The notes beneath the pieces are model-generated. The model saw only the letters and a program-made list of their open reading frames with translations, made no database searches and was not told the origin of the DNA. Made by a program: the position numbers and the translations under genes. DNA of 64,000 nucleotides, from contig CAVPRW010000010.1 in the NCBI GenBank assembly GCA_963707985.1, positions 309,987 through 373,986 on the forward strand, given 5' to 3'. Positions within the stretch are counted from its first letter, which is position 1; each line of letters begins with the position of its first letter. Below, piece after piece: positions 33,282-41,237 of this stretch. Source of the stretch: an uncultured Nitrospinota bacterium. Its GTDB lineage: Bacteria > Tectomicrobia > Entotheonellia > J063 > CAVPRW01.

Positions 33282-34296
33282 CTATCGTTTCGGAGTCGGC
33301 ACAGGTATACCCGCAATCTTCACGTTGACCGCGCCCAGGTGGTTCCTGCTGGTGAAATACAGGGTTTTCCAGTCATCACCGCCGAAGGCGAGGTTGGTGG
33401 TGGCGGGCGCCCCGTGGACGATGCGGCCCAGCTTCTTGCCGTGCGGATCCATGATCCAGATCCCGCCCGCTCCGCCACAATAGACGTTGCCTTCCACATC
33501 CACCTTCATCCCATCGGGATTGCCGGGTTCGTCGCCGCTGAGGTCGGCAAAGAGGCGGTCAGTCTGCTTCGCGAGCATGCCGGTGGGCTGGACGTCGAAG
33601 GCGCGGATGTGCCGGCGCCGGGAGTCATTGATGTAGAGCACGCTTTCGTCGGGGGAGAACGCCAGCCCGTTGGGCTGGACAAAGGTATCGACCAAAAGGC
33701 TCATGGTGCCGAGATCTGGCGTGACGCGGTAGACGCCGGCAAAGGTCAGGTCCCACTGGTCGGGAACGATGCCAGCGTTCGGGTCGGTGAAGTAGTAGCA
33801 GCCGTCGGACTTGACCACGACGTCATTAGGCCGGTTCAGCCGCCGCCCCTGGAAGCTGTTGGCGATCACGGTGAGGCTGCCATCCAGTTCCTGCCTGGTG
33901 ACACGTCTAGTCTCATGCTCGCAGGCGATCAAGCGGCCCTTAAGGTCGCGGGTTAGCCCATTGGCCCGGTTCGTCGGCTCGTGGAACACGGACACACCTT
34001 GGCCGGGGACATACTTCATCCGCCGGTTGTTATGAATGTCACTGAACAGCAGATAGCCGGCCTTCCTTCCACCAGACCGGTCCTTCGGCTGGTCCCAGGG
34101 GCCCGCCGAATCCCTCGGCCAATTCCTGGATAGAGTCTGACGGGGAGATGATCTTGTCCAGCTCCGGAGCCCATGGCTCGATCCGCTTTGACGATTGGGA
34201 GAATACGCGGGTGACACCACTAGACATCGCAAGCCCTCCTATGGCCACAGCCATGCCCAACATGTGTCGGCGTGAGATGCCGTTCTGAGCATTCAT
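33282..34296 (-). CDS. SMP-30/gluconolactonase family protein with Tat signal (frameshift ~34060)
   Basis: SRRHML twin-arginine; AEGPVW, ANGLT, RPND, PDGMKVD. Confidence 0.9.
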
Positions 34297-34367
34297 GGTG
34301 ACCCCTTTCGAGATATGTGTTGCGGCAACGGTGAAGACTGGTAGTGTTGGGTTCAGAAGACCTATAG

Positions 34368-34580
34368 CTATTCACGTCCGTATCTTTCTAAGAAGGTTTG
34401 AGGTGTCAACACCTCAAGGCACGAAAAATATCGTAAGAAATCCCTCGGATTCGTTGTCAGTAAGCGTCCTGAGTCGTGGACAGCGTTCGCCCCCATCAAA
34501 AAATCCGGGATAAGTACTTCCTGGCGGCCGCCATGGCGTCTGTATTCGGCCTGGGCTGTCGTGACAACTCCTGTTGTGTG
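34368..34580 (-). pseudogene. PIN-domain (VapC) toxin C-terminal remnant
   Basis: YRRHGG..LIPDFLMGANA..LLTTNPRDF; N-terminal half not found. Confidence 0.7.
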
Positions 34581-34915
34581 GCACGCCATCGCTCTGGCTT
34601 CGTCCGGTCGCTTGCCGTTGTCGGGCATCCGCCACCACTCTTCGCCAGTCATCACCGTACGCGTCGTCAGATGGTCTCACCGACGCCTCGGGTATAGCAT
34701 AGGCCTCATGGACCCGTCAATGTGCGGCGTGACTCTGCAGTAGCCGCTTGGGACAACCGGTCTCTGCATCTAGGGACAACAACGTCCTTTTGCCACAGCG
34801 CCCTCGGGAGCGCGCCCCCTGGCGCCCCCAGCGGTACCCGCCAGCAGACGCGCCTTGCTGGGTACGGGGGACAACGAAGAGAGCACGCGCGCGTGGCTCT
34901 GCGACTCTCCTGAAG

Positions 34916-34944
34916 GTAGACAGACCCCTCAGGCAGGGGTCTGT
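34916..34944 (+). repeat. GTAG-type REP hairpin
   Basis: GTAG-ACAGACCCCT-CAGGC-AGGGGTCTGT, nested inside TGAAGGT/ACCTTCA arms. Confidence 0.55.
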
Positions 34945-35364
34945 AGGACCTTCAACGGCGGCAGATGGCTCAGCTGCGTCAAGACAATCCCGATTCAGTG
35001 GGGCAATGCCTGCATCGGCGAACACACTGGGGAGATTTTCTGCTCTGAGCTCGGCCGGAGCAGGCAGAGCCTGACCATGCTGGCCGAATCTGGAGGGGTT
35101 AAGGGGTGTGGCCGATCGTGCCGCGGCCGTGAGACCCCGCTCCGCTTCCTTTGGACTTTCCTTCCTGTGTCGAATGGCATACCATGGAGGTTGCAAGGAG
35201 CGCTTGTCGACGAGACGACATCGCCAGACACGGGTCCAGCCGATGGGCATATTAACAAAGGGCGCTGGGTGGTGCTCTTTACGCCGTAGGAAAAGAGGCA
35301 AATCCCATGACCGACGAGCGCGTGGTGAAGGGAAACGTCATGGGGCTGGAAGGAGCGGTGTGTC

Positions 35365-35600
35365 ATGCCCCTGAGGATTGAGTTACCCGAGGATCTCATC
35401 CATGACCTCGAGCAAGAGGCCTCACGGCGGTAGGTCCTACTTGCGGAGATGATCCGCGAGGTCCTGCAGATGTGGCGGGCCAGCCGTGAGACGCCAGCGC
35501 ACGACCGAGAGCTGCGGGTGGAAGAAGATGTGATCCAGTGCGCCGTTGGCCTCATGAACCAATACCCTCTCCGCACCGCAGCCATTTTGCGGGTGTATAG
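35365..35600 (+). pseudogene. Deleted RHH antitoxin/PIN toxin pair
   Basis: MPLRIELPEDL..EASRR*..EMIREVL runs into a PIN-like IQCAVGLMNQYPLRTAAI segment. Confidence 0.5.
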
Positions 35601-35717
35601 TAGAAGGCCATTGGCCTCTTGCTTGTTGAGATGGATCAATCGACGCTTCGAAGCCGGGCGCGTGCCTACTTGCTAAGGGCTCGGGGAAGTCACAGATGGC
35701 ATGCAGGGAGATAACCG

Positions 35718-36350
35718 ATGCCGGCCGTAGTGACGCCAGTTGGACAATGTGTCATCGTGCAGGGGGTCAGTTGGCACACATATGCCTGTCTGCTGGCCGA
35801 TTTTGCGGACAGTAGCGGCGCCCGAATGGCCTATGATCAGGGCACATTGGAGATCATGGCACCGTCATTCAAGCATGAACAAGCAGCGGATCTCTTGGCC
35901 GACGTCGTCAAGGCGGTGGCCGAGGCCCAGGCACTCGACGTCGTCCCAGCGGGTTCGACCACGTTCAAGCGAGAAGACGTCGAACGGGGCTTTGAGCCGG
36001 ACGCCTCCTTTTATCTTCAGCATGCGGCCGACGTGCGTGGGCGTGCGACGATTGATCTCGCTGTCGATCCGCCACCGGATGTCATCATCGAAATCGATCT
36101 GACCCATCCCTCGTTAGACAAGTTCCCCATCTACGCCGCCCTTGGTGTACCGGAAGTGTGGCGCTATGATGGGCAACAGATGCACATCTATCGCCATGTT
36201 GATGTCGCCTATACCGAAGTGCCAGAGAGCGAGGTCCTGCCGGGTGTCACGAGTGCCTCTCTGATCCAGTTGGTGCAACTAGGGCTGCAGCTGCCGCGTC
36301 TGGTTTGGATCGGGCGGGTGCGGGTGTGGGCCGAGTCCCTCACGGCGTAG
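35718..36350 (+). CDS. Uma2 family endonuclease
   Basis: VSWHTY, LEIMAP..HE, GSTTF, EPDASFY, PPDVIIEID, YAALGVPEVW. Confidence 0.93.
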   Translation: MPAVVTPVGQCVIVQGVSWHTYACLLADFADSSGARMAYDQGTLEIMAPSFKHEQAADLLADVVKAVAEAQALDVVPAGSTTFKREDVERGFEPDASFYLQHAADVRGRATIDLAVDPPPDVIIEIDLTHPSLDKFPIYAALGVPEVWRYDGQQMHIYRHVDVAYTEVPESEVLPGVTSASLIQLVQLGLQLPRLVWIGRVRVWAESLTA

Positions 36351-36529
36351 TGCGCATACGTTTCCCCCAGGACCTCCGCCCGAGGGAGGCATCAGGACTG
36401 TGTAGCGTGCCAACACAGGGAACCAGCTCCGCTCCAACCATGCCATGGCCTCCCACGGCGAGTAGCGGCCGGGCGAATAGGGTTGCAACAGCCCTTTTTT
36501 GCGCCGGCACGTCATGAACGCTCTCAGCC

Positions 36530-37065
36530 TTAAGCCCAGCGGCAGTGCAAGGCGCGCTCGGCGATCGTCCCCAGCCGTCGGCCCGTCTCTCCGATCCACG
36601 CCACCGGCAGACCACTGCGCCACAAGATGGGCTTGAGTGCTGGCAGCCGACGCCGGGGCACGCGGCGGGGCCAGGCCCGGAGGGCGTCCAGGGCGGCTGC
36701 CTTGCCGGCGGCGCTGGTGGTCGGGGGCACGACCACCTCCCAGTATTTCCCCTGCCGGATCAGCAGCACATGCCCGGGCAGATGCGTGGCAAACCAGGCG
36801 TGCTGCTGCGCCAGGCGCAGGGCATGTCGGGGCACGGGACAGCGGTACACGACCTGGCTTCCCTGCCAGTGCACATACTCGTCGAGCCAGGGGTAGCGCT
36901 GCTGCAACCCCTGCAGCAGCCGGTGGCTGGAGGCCTTGCCGAGGTGGCCCAGATACGAGCTCAGCCACTGGTGGAGCTGCTCCAGCAGCGGCCAGGACCA
37001 GGGGAAGACGGCCCGGCCATCGGCGTCGTCGGCCATCCCCAGCCGGCGCAGCGTCTGCTCCGTCG
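36530..37065 (-). pseudogene. DGR reverse transcriptase C-terminal remnant with MutS-I-like tail
   Basis: SYLGHLGKASSHRL thumb motif, then HVLLIRQGKYWEV; located after avd; YxDD core absent. Confidence 0.72.
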
Positions 37066-37150
37066 GCAGTCCGGTTTGGCCGCCATGCACCGCCGCACAA
37101 TTGTGCCCGGAATCGACCTTCCGTCCACGCGACCAACCGCGGCAACCGCA

Positions 37151-37174
37151 GGAAAAAGGTTCCCTGACAACTTT
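37151..37174 (+). repeat. Left inverted-repeat site of the FitAB cassette
   Basis: GGAAAAAGGTTCCCTGACAACTTT, 20/24 identical to the reverse complement of 37892-37915. Confidence 0.75.
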
Positions 37175-37191
37175 ACCCTCTTCTGAAAATA

Positions 37192-37208
37192 TGCTATCGT
37201 TGCTATCA
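37192..37208 (+). promoter_or_regulatory. Candidate FitA-type operator half-sites
   Basis: TGCTATC-GT-TGCTATCA just upstream of the antitoxin; TGCTATCA is the Neisseria FitA half-site. Confidence 0.5.
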
Positions 37209-37234
37209 TTCAGTGTGCGGAGAAGGGGGAAGAG

Positions 37235-37474
37235 ATGGCGAATCTTGTGGTCAGGAATCTTGATCAACGCGTCGTCGATGCGCTCAAACAACGTGCGGCC
37301 AGGCATGGGAGGAGCGCCGAAGCCGAACACCGGGCGATCCTTGAAGAAGTGTTGTTAGTGACGCCTCAGAAGAGGAGCTTTGCGGAAGCCCTGGCCTCGA
37401 TGCCGAATGTCGGACAGGATGAGGATTTCGAGCGCCTCGAGGACGCCGACGAAGACGTACATGTATTTGATTGA
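37235..37474 (+). CDS. FitA-like ribbon-helix-helix antitoxin
   Basis: MANLVVRNLD..LKQRAARHGRSAEAEHRAIL. Confidence 0.92.
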   Translation: MANLVVRNLDQRVVDALKQRAARHGRSAEAEHRAILEEVLLVTPQKRSFAEALASMPNVGQDEDFERLEDADEDVHVFD

Positions 37475-37883
37475 TACCAATGTTATCAGTGAGGCAAGAA
37501 AGCGCGCCAAAGCCAACCGAGGCGTGCGCGAGTTCTTTCGCCGGGTCACAGCGGAGAGGATCCCTGTTTTTCTTTCCGTTATCACGGTTGGGGAGCTGCG
37601 GCGAGGCGTTGAATTGATCCGCCATCGCGGTGACCATCGCCAGGCGGAGCGGTTGGAGACGTGGTTAGAAGCTCTGCTTATCGAGTACCCGGAGGGTATC
37701 CTGGACATCGATCAAGATATTGCGCAGCTTTGGGGTCGCCTTCGCGTGCCGCATCCAGAGAACGCCCTGGATAAGCAGATCGCGGCAACGGCGCTGATTT
37801 ACGACCTCACCGTCGTCACCCGTAATCAGGCGGACTTTCGCCAGACGGGAGTATGCCTGTTGAACCCGTTCGCAGCATCATAG
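37461..37883 (+). CDS. PIN-domain VapC/FitB toxin
   Basis: MYLIDTNVISE, SVITVGE, D..IAATA, VVTRN..DF; overlaps the antitoxin. Confidence 0.93.
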   Translation: MYLIDTNVISEARKRAKANRGVREFFRRVTAERIPVFLSVITVGELRRGVELIRHRGDHRQAERLETWLEALLIEYPEGILDIDQDIAQLWGRLRVPHPENALDKQIAATALIYDLTVVTRNQADFRQTGVCLLNPFAAS

Positions 37884-37891
37884 TGGGAGGA

Positions 37892-37915
37892 AAAGGTGTC
37901 AGGGACTGTTTTTCC
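37892..37915 (-). repeat. Right inverted-repeat site of the FitAB cassette
   Basis: AAAGGTGTCAGGGACTGTTTTTCC; abuts the truncated 3' end of avd. Confidence 0.75.
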
Positions 37916-38173
37916 CGAGACGGCGCATTGCTGACAGAGCCGGGCCAGCACCTTGAACCATTCCAGCTCCTGGCGCAGGTGTGCCAACACCGGCCCCCGG
38001 TCGCGGCTGTCGTTGGCCTCGATGATGCGCTCAAGAATGCGACGGCTGCCGTCGCGCAGCTCGGTCCCCAGGGTGTACTTGTGGTAGCGGCCGAACTGGC
38101 GCACGAGCTTTTCGATGTGCACCGCCAGATCGAAGGCGGCGCGATAGATGGGCAGATGGTCATCGCGGGCCAT
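37916..38173 (-). pseudogene. avd: Avd-like four-helix bundle DGR accessory protein, 3'-truncated
   Basis: LPIYRAAFDL..F.RYHKYTLG.ELR..L..LR..LE..KVL.RL; last helix with the usual GW motif missing. Confidence 0.82.
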
Positions 38174-38534
38174 GCGCGGGGTTCCCTTGTGCGCTGACCC
38201 CCTCCGCCGGCAGGCCGCAGCGCACTCGGATCACCTCGGCCAGCCGGCGTTCTTTGTCGCCATCCTGCATAGCCACCGCCACCGAGTGGCCGGCCCGGAC
38301 CAACTTGCCCACAGAGGCGTCCAGCCCGGACCGGGGAAAGCCGCCGACCACCACCGGGTCGTCCACCTCTCCGGCCATCTGCAGTTTCAGGCCAGTCACC
38401 TGGGAGACCGTCCGCGCGTCTTGATCCATGACCTGCATGAACGCCCCCACCTGCATCAGCAAGAGACAATCCGGCACCTCCTGCTTCAGCTCACGGTACC
38501 GCATGAGCAGCTTCCGGGAGAGGATCATGCCCAT
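38160..38534 (-). CDS. Stand-alone MutS N-terminal (MutS_I)-like protein, DGR accessory
   Basis: YRELK..PDCLLLMQVGAF..DA..GFP..L..AGHSVAV; lies between the target gene and avd. Confidence 0.85.
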   Translation of the reverse strand: MGMILSRKLLMRYRELKQEVPDCLLLMQVGAFMQVMDQDARTVSQVTGLKLQMAGEVDDPVVVGGFPRSGLDASVGKLVRAGHSVAVAMQDGDKERRLAEVIRVRCGLPAEGVSAQGNPAHGPR

Positions 38535-38560
38535 GGCCCTCAGCCAAAAAATGTGGCGTG

Positions 38561-38613
38561 GCAGGGGGGTATCCCCCCTGCACCCCCCAAAGCGTCCAAA
38601 GCCTCAAAGCGTC
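38561..38613 (-). other. DGR post-VR cis elements: short tandem repeats and GC hairpin
   Basis: Three CAAAGC(G/C)TC units (38588-38613) and a perfect GCAGGGGGG-TAT-CCCCCCTGC stem-loop (38561-38581) just after the VR stop. Confidence 0.7.
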
Positions 38614-38620
38614 GAAGAAT

Positions 38621-38775
38621 CTATTCTCCCCCCCGGACTGCCCACACAAGGTTGGAGAGGCCCTCGACGAGCGCGTTGGTGCTGCCGCCGCTCAGGTTGA
38701 CGACCCACGCGTAGTCCGAGAGGCCCGCGAGCGTGGTAGACGACCAGTAGTTGGTCAACGATGTACAGTCCATGA
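38621..38775 (-). pseudogene. DUF1566/Lcl (CLec) DGR target C-terminus = variable region; 5' part lost
   Basis: NYWSSTTLAGLSDYAWVVNLSGGSTNALVEGLSNLVWAVRGGE*; variable positions are mostly NNC codons. Confidence 0.82.
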
Positions 38776-38987
38776 CACCTGCGCACACGCCCGCTGCCAG
38801 GGGTACAGGTGGGCGACGCTGGCGCATCGTTCCAGGCACCTCACTGCGCCGCTACTGGCCAGCGGGAGATCGTGCCTTGCCTGGTGTGGGGCGGCCGGCA
38901 CGGCGCGTTCCGGCATCTCAAACGCGACTTCCCACGGGGGTGACGTCCGCACAAGGTCGTTTACGGGGAGACTTTGCAGAGATTGAC

Positions 38988-39026
38988 TTGACTAGCATGC
39001 TTCTTTTGTTTACAATCAAAGCATGC
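38988..39026 (+). promoter_or_regulatory. sigma70 promoter (probably leaderless) overlapped by an inverted-repeat operator
   Basis: TTGACT-N17-TACAAT with ATG 6 nt later; GCATGCTT (38995) / AAGCATGC (39019) inverted repeat. Confidence 0.65.
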
Positions 39027-39535
39027 AGAAGCAATCGGCCGTGATGGAAACCTCTTTCTGGGTGTTGGGCCATCGGGTGGATGTCCTGTCCTACCTGTTT
39101 CGCTTGTTCACGGTCTTCGTTCCGGAGGCGGTCCGCGTTGAGGTGTTGGCGCCAGATCCGCGTTACCCTCAGCGGGTCTACGGCTATCAAGAGATGTTTC
39201 GACTGCTCGAAGGTCAAGGCACGCTTGCCATCCGCAACCCGACCCAGCGTTGGCCGCAGTTCCATGCTGGCGAGGCCGCTGCCCTGGCGCTGGCCCAGGA
39301 AGAGGGCTGGTGGCTGCTGATTAATGAGCAACAGGCCCTCACGTTGGCGCGGCGGCGCGACCTCAAGGCGGTGACGGTGCCCGAGTTCATCGTCTATCTC
39401 TATCAGGCGCACGTGCTGTCCTATCGGAGCGCGCTCAGCAAGTTGGACGAGATCGCCCCCAACACCGGACAGCGGGTCATGCAGGCCGCCCGGCACACAT
39501 TTCTGGAGCTCGCGCAACGTCGTGGAGAGGGGTGA
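39023..39535 (+). CDS. PIN-like protein (DUF3368-like) toxin
   Basis: METSFW, VPEAVRVE, HAGEAAALALA, LLINE..A..AR. Confidence 0.78.
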   Translation: MQKQSAVMETSFWVLGHRVDVLSYLFRLFTVFVPEAVRVEVLAPDPRYPQRVYGYQEMFRLLEGQGTLAIRNPTQRWPQFHAGEAAALALAQEEGWWLLINEQQALTLARRRDLKAVTVPEFIVYLYQAHVLSYRSALSKLDEIAPNTGQRVMQAARHTFLELAQRRGEG

Positions 39536-39541
39536 AGTGAC

Positions 39542-39895
39542 ATGCCGAACAAACCGAAACCAACAAGACGGGCCAAACGGGTGACGAAATCGATCCGCCT
39601 GACCCCCGAGGAAGCGGAGGAATTGGCGCGGCTGGTGGAAGGGACGGCGTATGCGGAAGCCGCGCTGCTGCGACAGTGGGTGCTGGCTGGGATGCAGCAG
39701 TTTCGGGTTACCGAAGCTATCCGTGCCTATCAAGAAGGGCACGTGGATTTGCGGGCGGCCGCCGAGCGCGCTCGCCTGCCCGTCGCGGTGCTCCTTGAAG
39801 AACTGGCCGCGCGCAAAGTCGCCGTGCTCGAGGATGCTGATGCCTTTGGTCCTGGGCTTGAGTCCCTGCGGGGAGCCTTCGGAGAGTTTCCGTGA
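39542..39895 (+). CDS. UPF0175-family antitoxin with N-terminal RHH-like segment
   Basis: KSIRLT; AIRAYQEGHVDLRAAAERA; paired with the PIN-like gene. Confidence 0.78.
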   Translation: MPNKPKPTRRAKRVTKSIRLTPEEAEELARLVEGTAYAEAALLRQWVLAGMQQFRVTEAIRAYQEGHVDLRAAAERARLPVAVLLEELAARKVAVLEDADAFGPGLESLRGAFGEFP

Positions 39896-40240
39896 GAGCA
39901 GGCTGTGAGTGGCAGCGGAACCGCTATGCAGGGCCATGCGTATGAGGTCCAGTGCGACTCACGACCCAGAGTGTCCGGCAACAGAGCGAGCTCCTAGAGG
40001 TTTCTAGAGATTTGGGGTCAGGTCTTGACTCGATGTTGGTCCCATGGGACGTTCTCGCGACCAGTGGTGCTTGCCGTCCGTGGTGTAGATCGCGATCCGT
40101 AGCCCGAAGAGCGTCATCTAGGACGATGGGATGAGCGTCACCCGCGGCATCAGGTCCAGCAGCTCCGGGCGGCCTGGCTTTAAGCAGGCGCCTGTCAGGC
40201 CCAGTGTTGGCCTGATATGACAGCTAGCTGTCAGACAAGC

Positions 40241-40530
40241 ATGGCAAGACCGTTACGCATCCAGTTTCCAGCGGCGGTGTACCACCTCACAGCGCGGGAC
40301 AATGCACACCAGGATGTTTTTCTGGACGATACCGACCGCCATGCCTACCTGTTAGCGCTCTGGCGGTATAGCGTGTTACACTCGGTACGAGCGCATGTCG
40401 TGGACGCGGTGGACGCATGGCCCTGGAGCAGTTAGCGTGCCACCGCTGCACACTCTCGCCCGCCAGCGTGGCTGGAGACGGACGGGCTGTTGACCCACTT
40501 TGGTGCCACATGCAAGGCAGCGCAAGCCGT
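40241..40530 (+). mobile_element. Y1/HUH (REP-associated tyrosine transposase-like) pseudogene
   Basis: MARPLRIQFPAAVYHLTARDNAHQDVFLDDTDR joined by internal deletion to ..RYSVLHSVRA..WPWSS; HUH core missing. Confidence 0.75.
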
Positions 40531-40593
40531 AGGTCGCGCGCCGCGCTAGAGTTGTAAAGTGGAGGAATTTCTGCTCGAGCTACGAGAGGATGA

Positions 40594-40992
40594 GTGACCA
40601 CCACTGTCAATTACCTGGTAGACAGTGGAGTTTTCATTCTCTACTTCCGTGGTGACCGCAGAGCCGTAGACTTCCTGCGGCAAACCAACACGGTGATCTA
40701 CTACTCCCGAGTCACCCGCCAAGAGCTGCTTCACCCTCCCATTCGCGCACGCGAGCGACAGGAGGTGCTAGCCTTCTTGCGCAGGCACCGCTCGGTCAAT
40801 CCTGATTCTCAGATCACCGAGGGATTCTCATCTTTACTGGAGAAGTAGCCATATCTGAGAGATCACTTGGCCGATGCTCTCATCGCGGCAACGGCTTGGA
40901 CGACGGGATTGGAGGTTGTCACGACGAACCCTCGACACTTTGGGCCGATGGCGGAGATCCGCGTCAGGAGGTTTCCGGAAGAGCCGGGCTGA
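40594..40992 (+). pseudogene. PIN-domain toxin with in-frame TAG at 40846
   Basis: YLVDSGVFI..LLEK*PYLRDHLADALIAATA..VVTTNPRHF; preceded only by an antitoxin tail VEEFLLELREDE*. Confidence 0.75.
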
Positions 40993-41237
40993 TGAAACCG
41001 GCTCCATGCCTCACAGGCAGTGCGCAGAAAGGCGGCGTCCTGAAGGCCCGTCCTGGGTTGCTGCGCCGGCGCCTCGCCGAACTGCGGTCGTAGGCTTGGA
41101 GGCGGTCGTGTGCCGCTCGATCTCCACTATTGTTTCAGCCGCTTGCTCGCGCTATGATACGCCATCCCATACGGAGCCGCAGGACTCCAAGGGTAAACGA
41201 ACTGATCCCAGCGCCACCTCGTTGGAGGGTAACGAGC

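Noticed and set aside
37066..37330. N-terminal part of ORF 36530-37330 as real protein
   Set aside because: It is antisense to fitA and crosses the cassette boundary; only the distal part resembles an RT
38918..39937. 339-aa minus-strand ORF and similar long antisense ORFs (e.g. 22706-23734, 57976-59061)
   Set aside because: Shadow ORFs opposite well-supported genes in GC-rich DNA
40846..40848. In-frame TAG in the PIN gene (also 35431) as amber recoding
   Set aside because: Both lie in visibly decayed TA relics, TAG is a normal stop elsewhere in the window, and no pyl genes are seen
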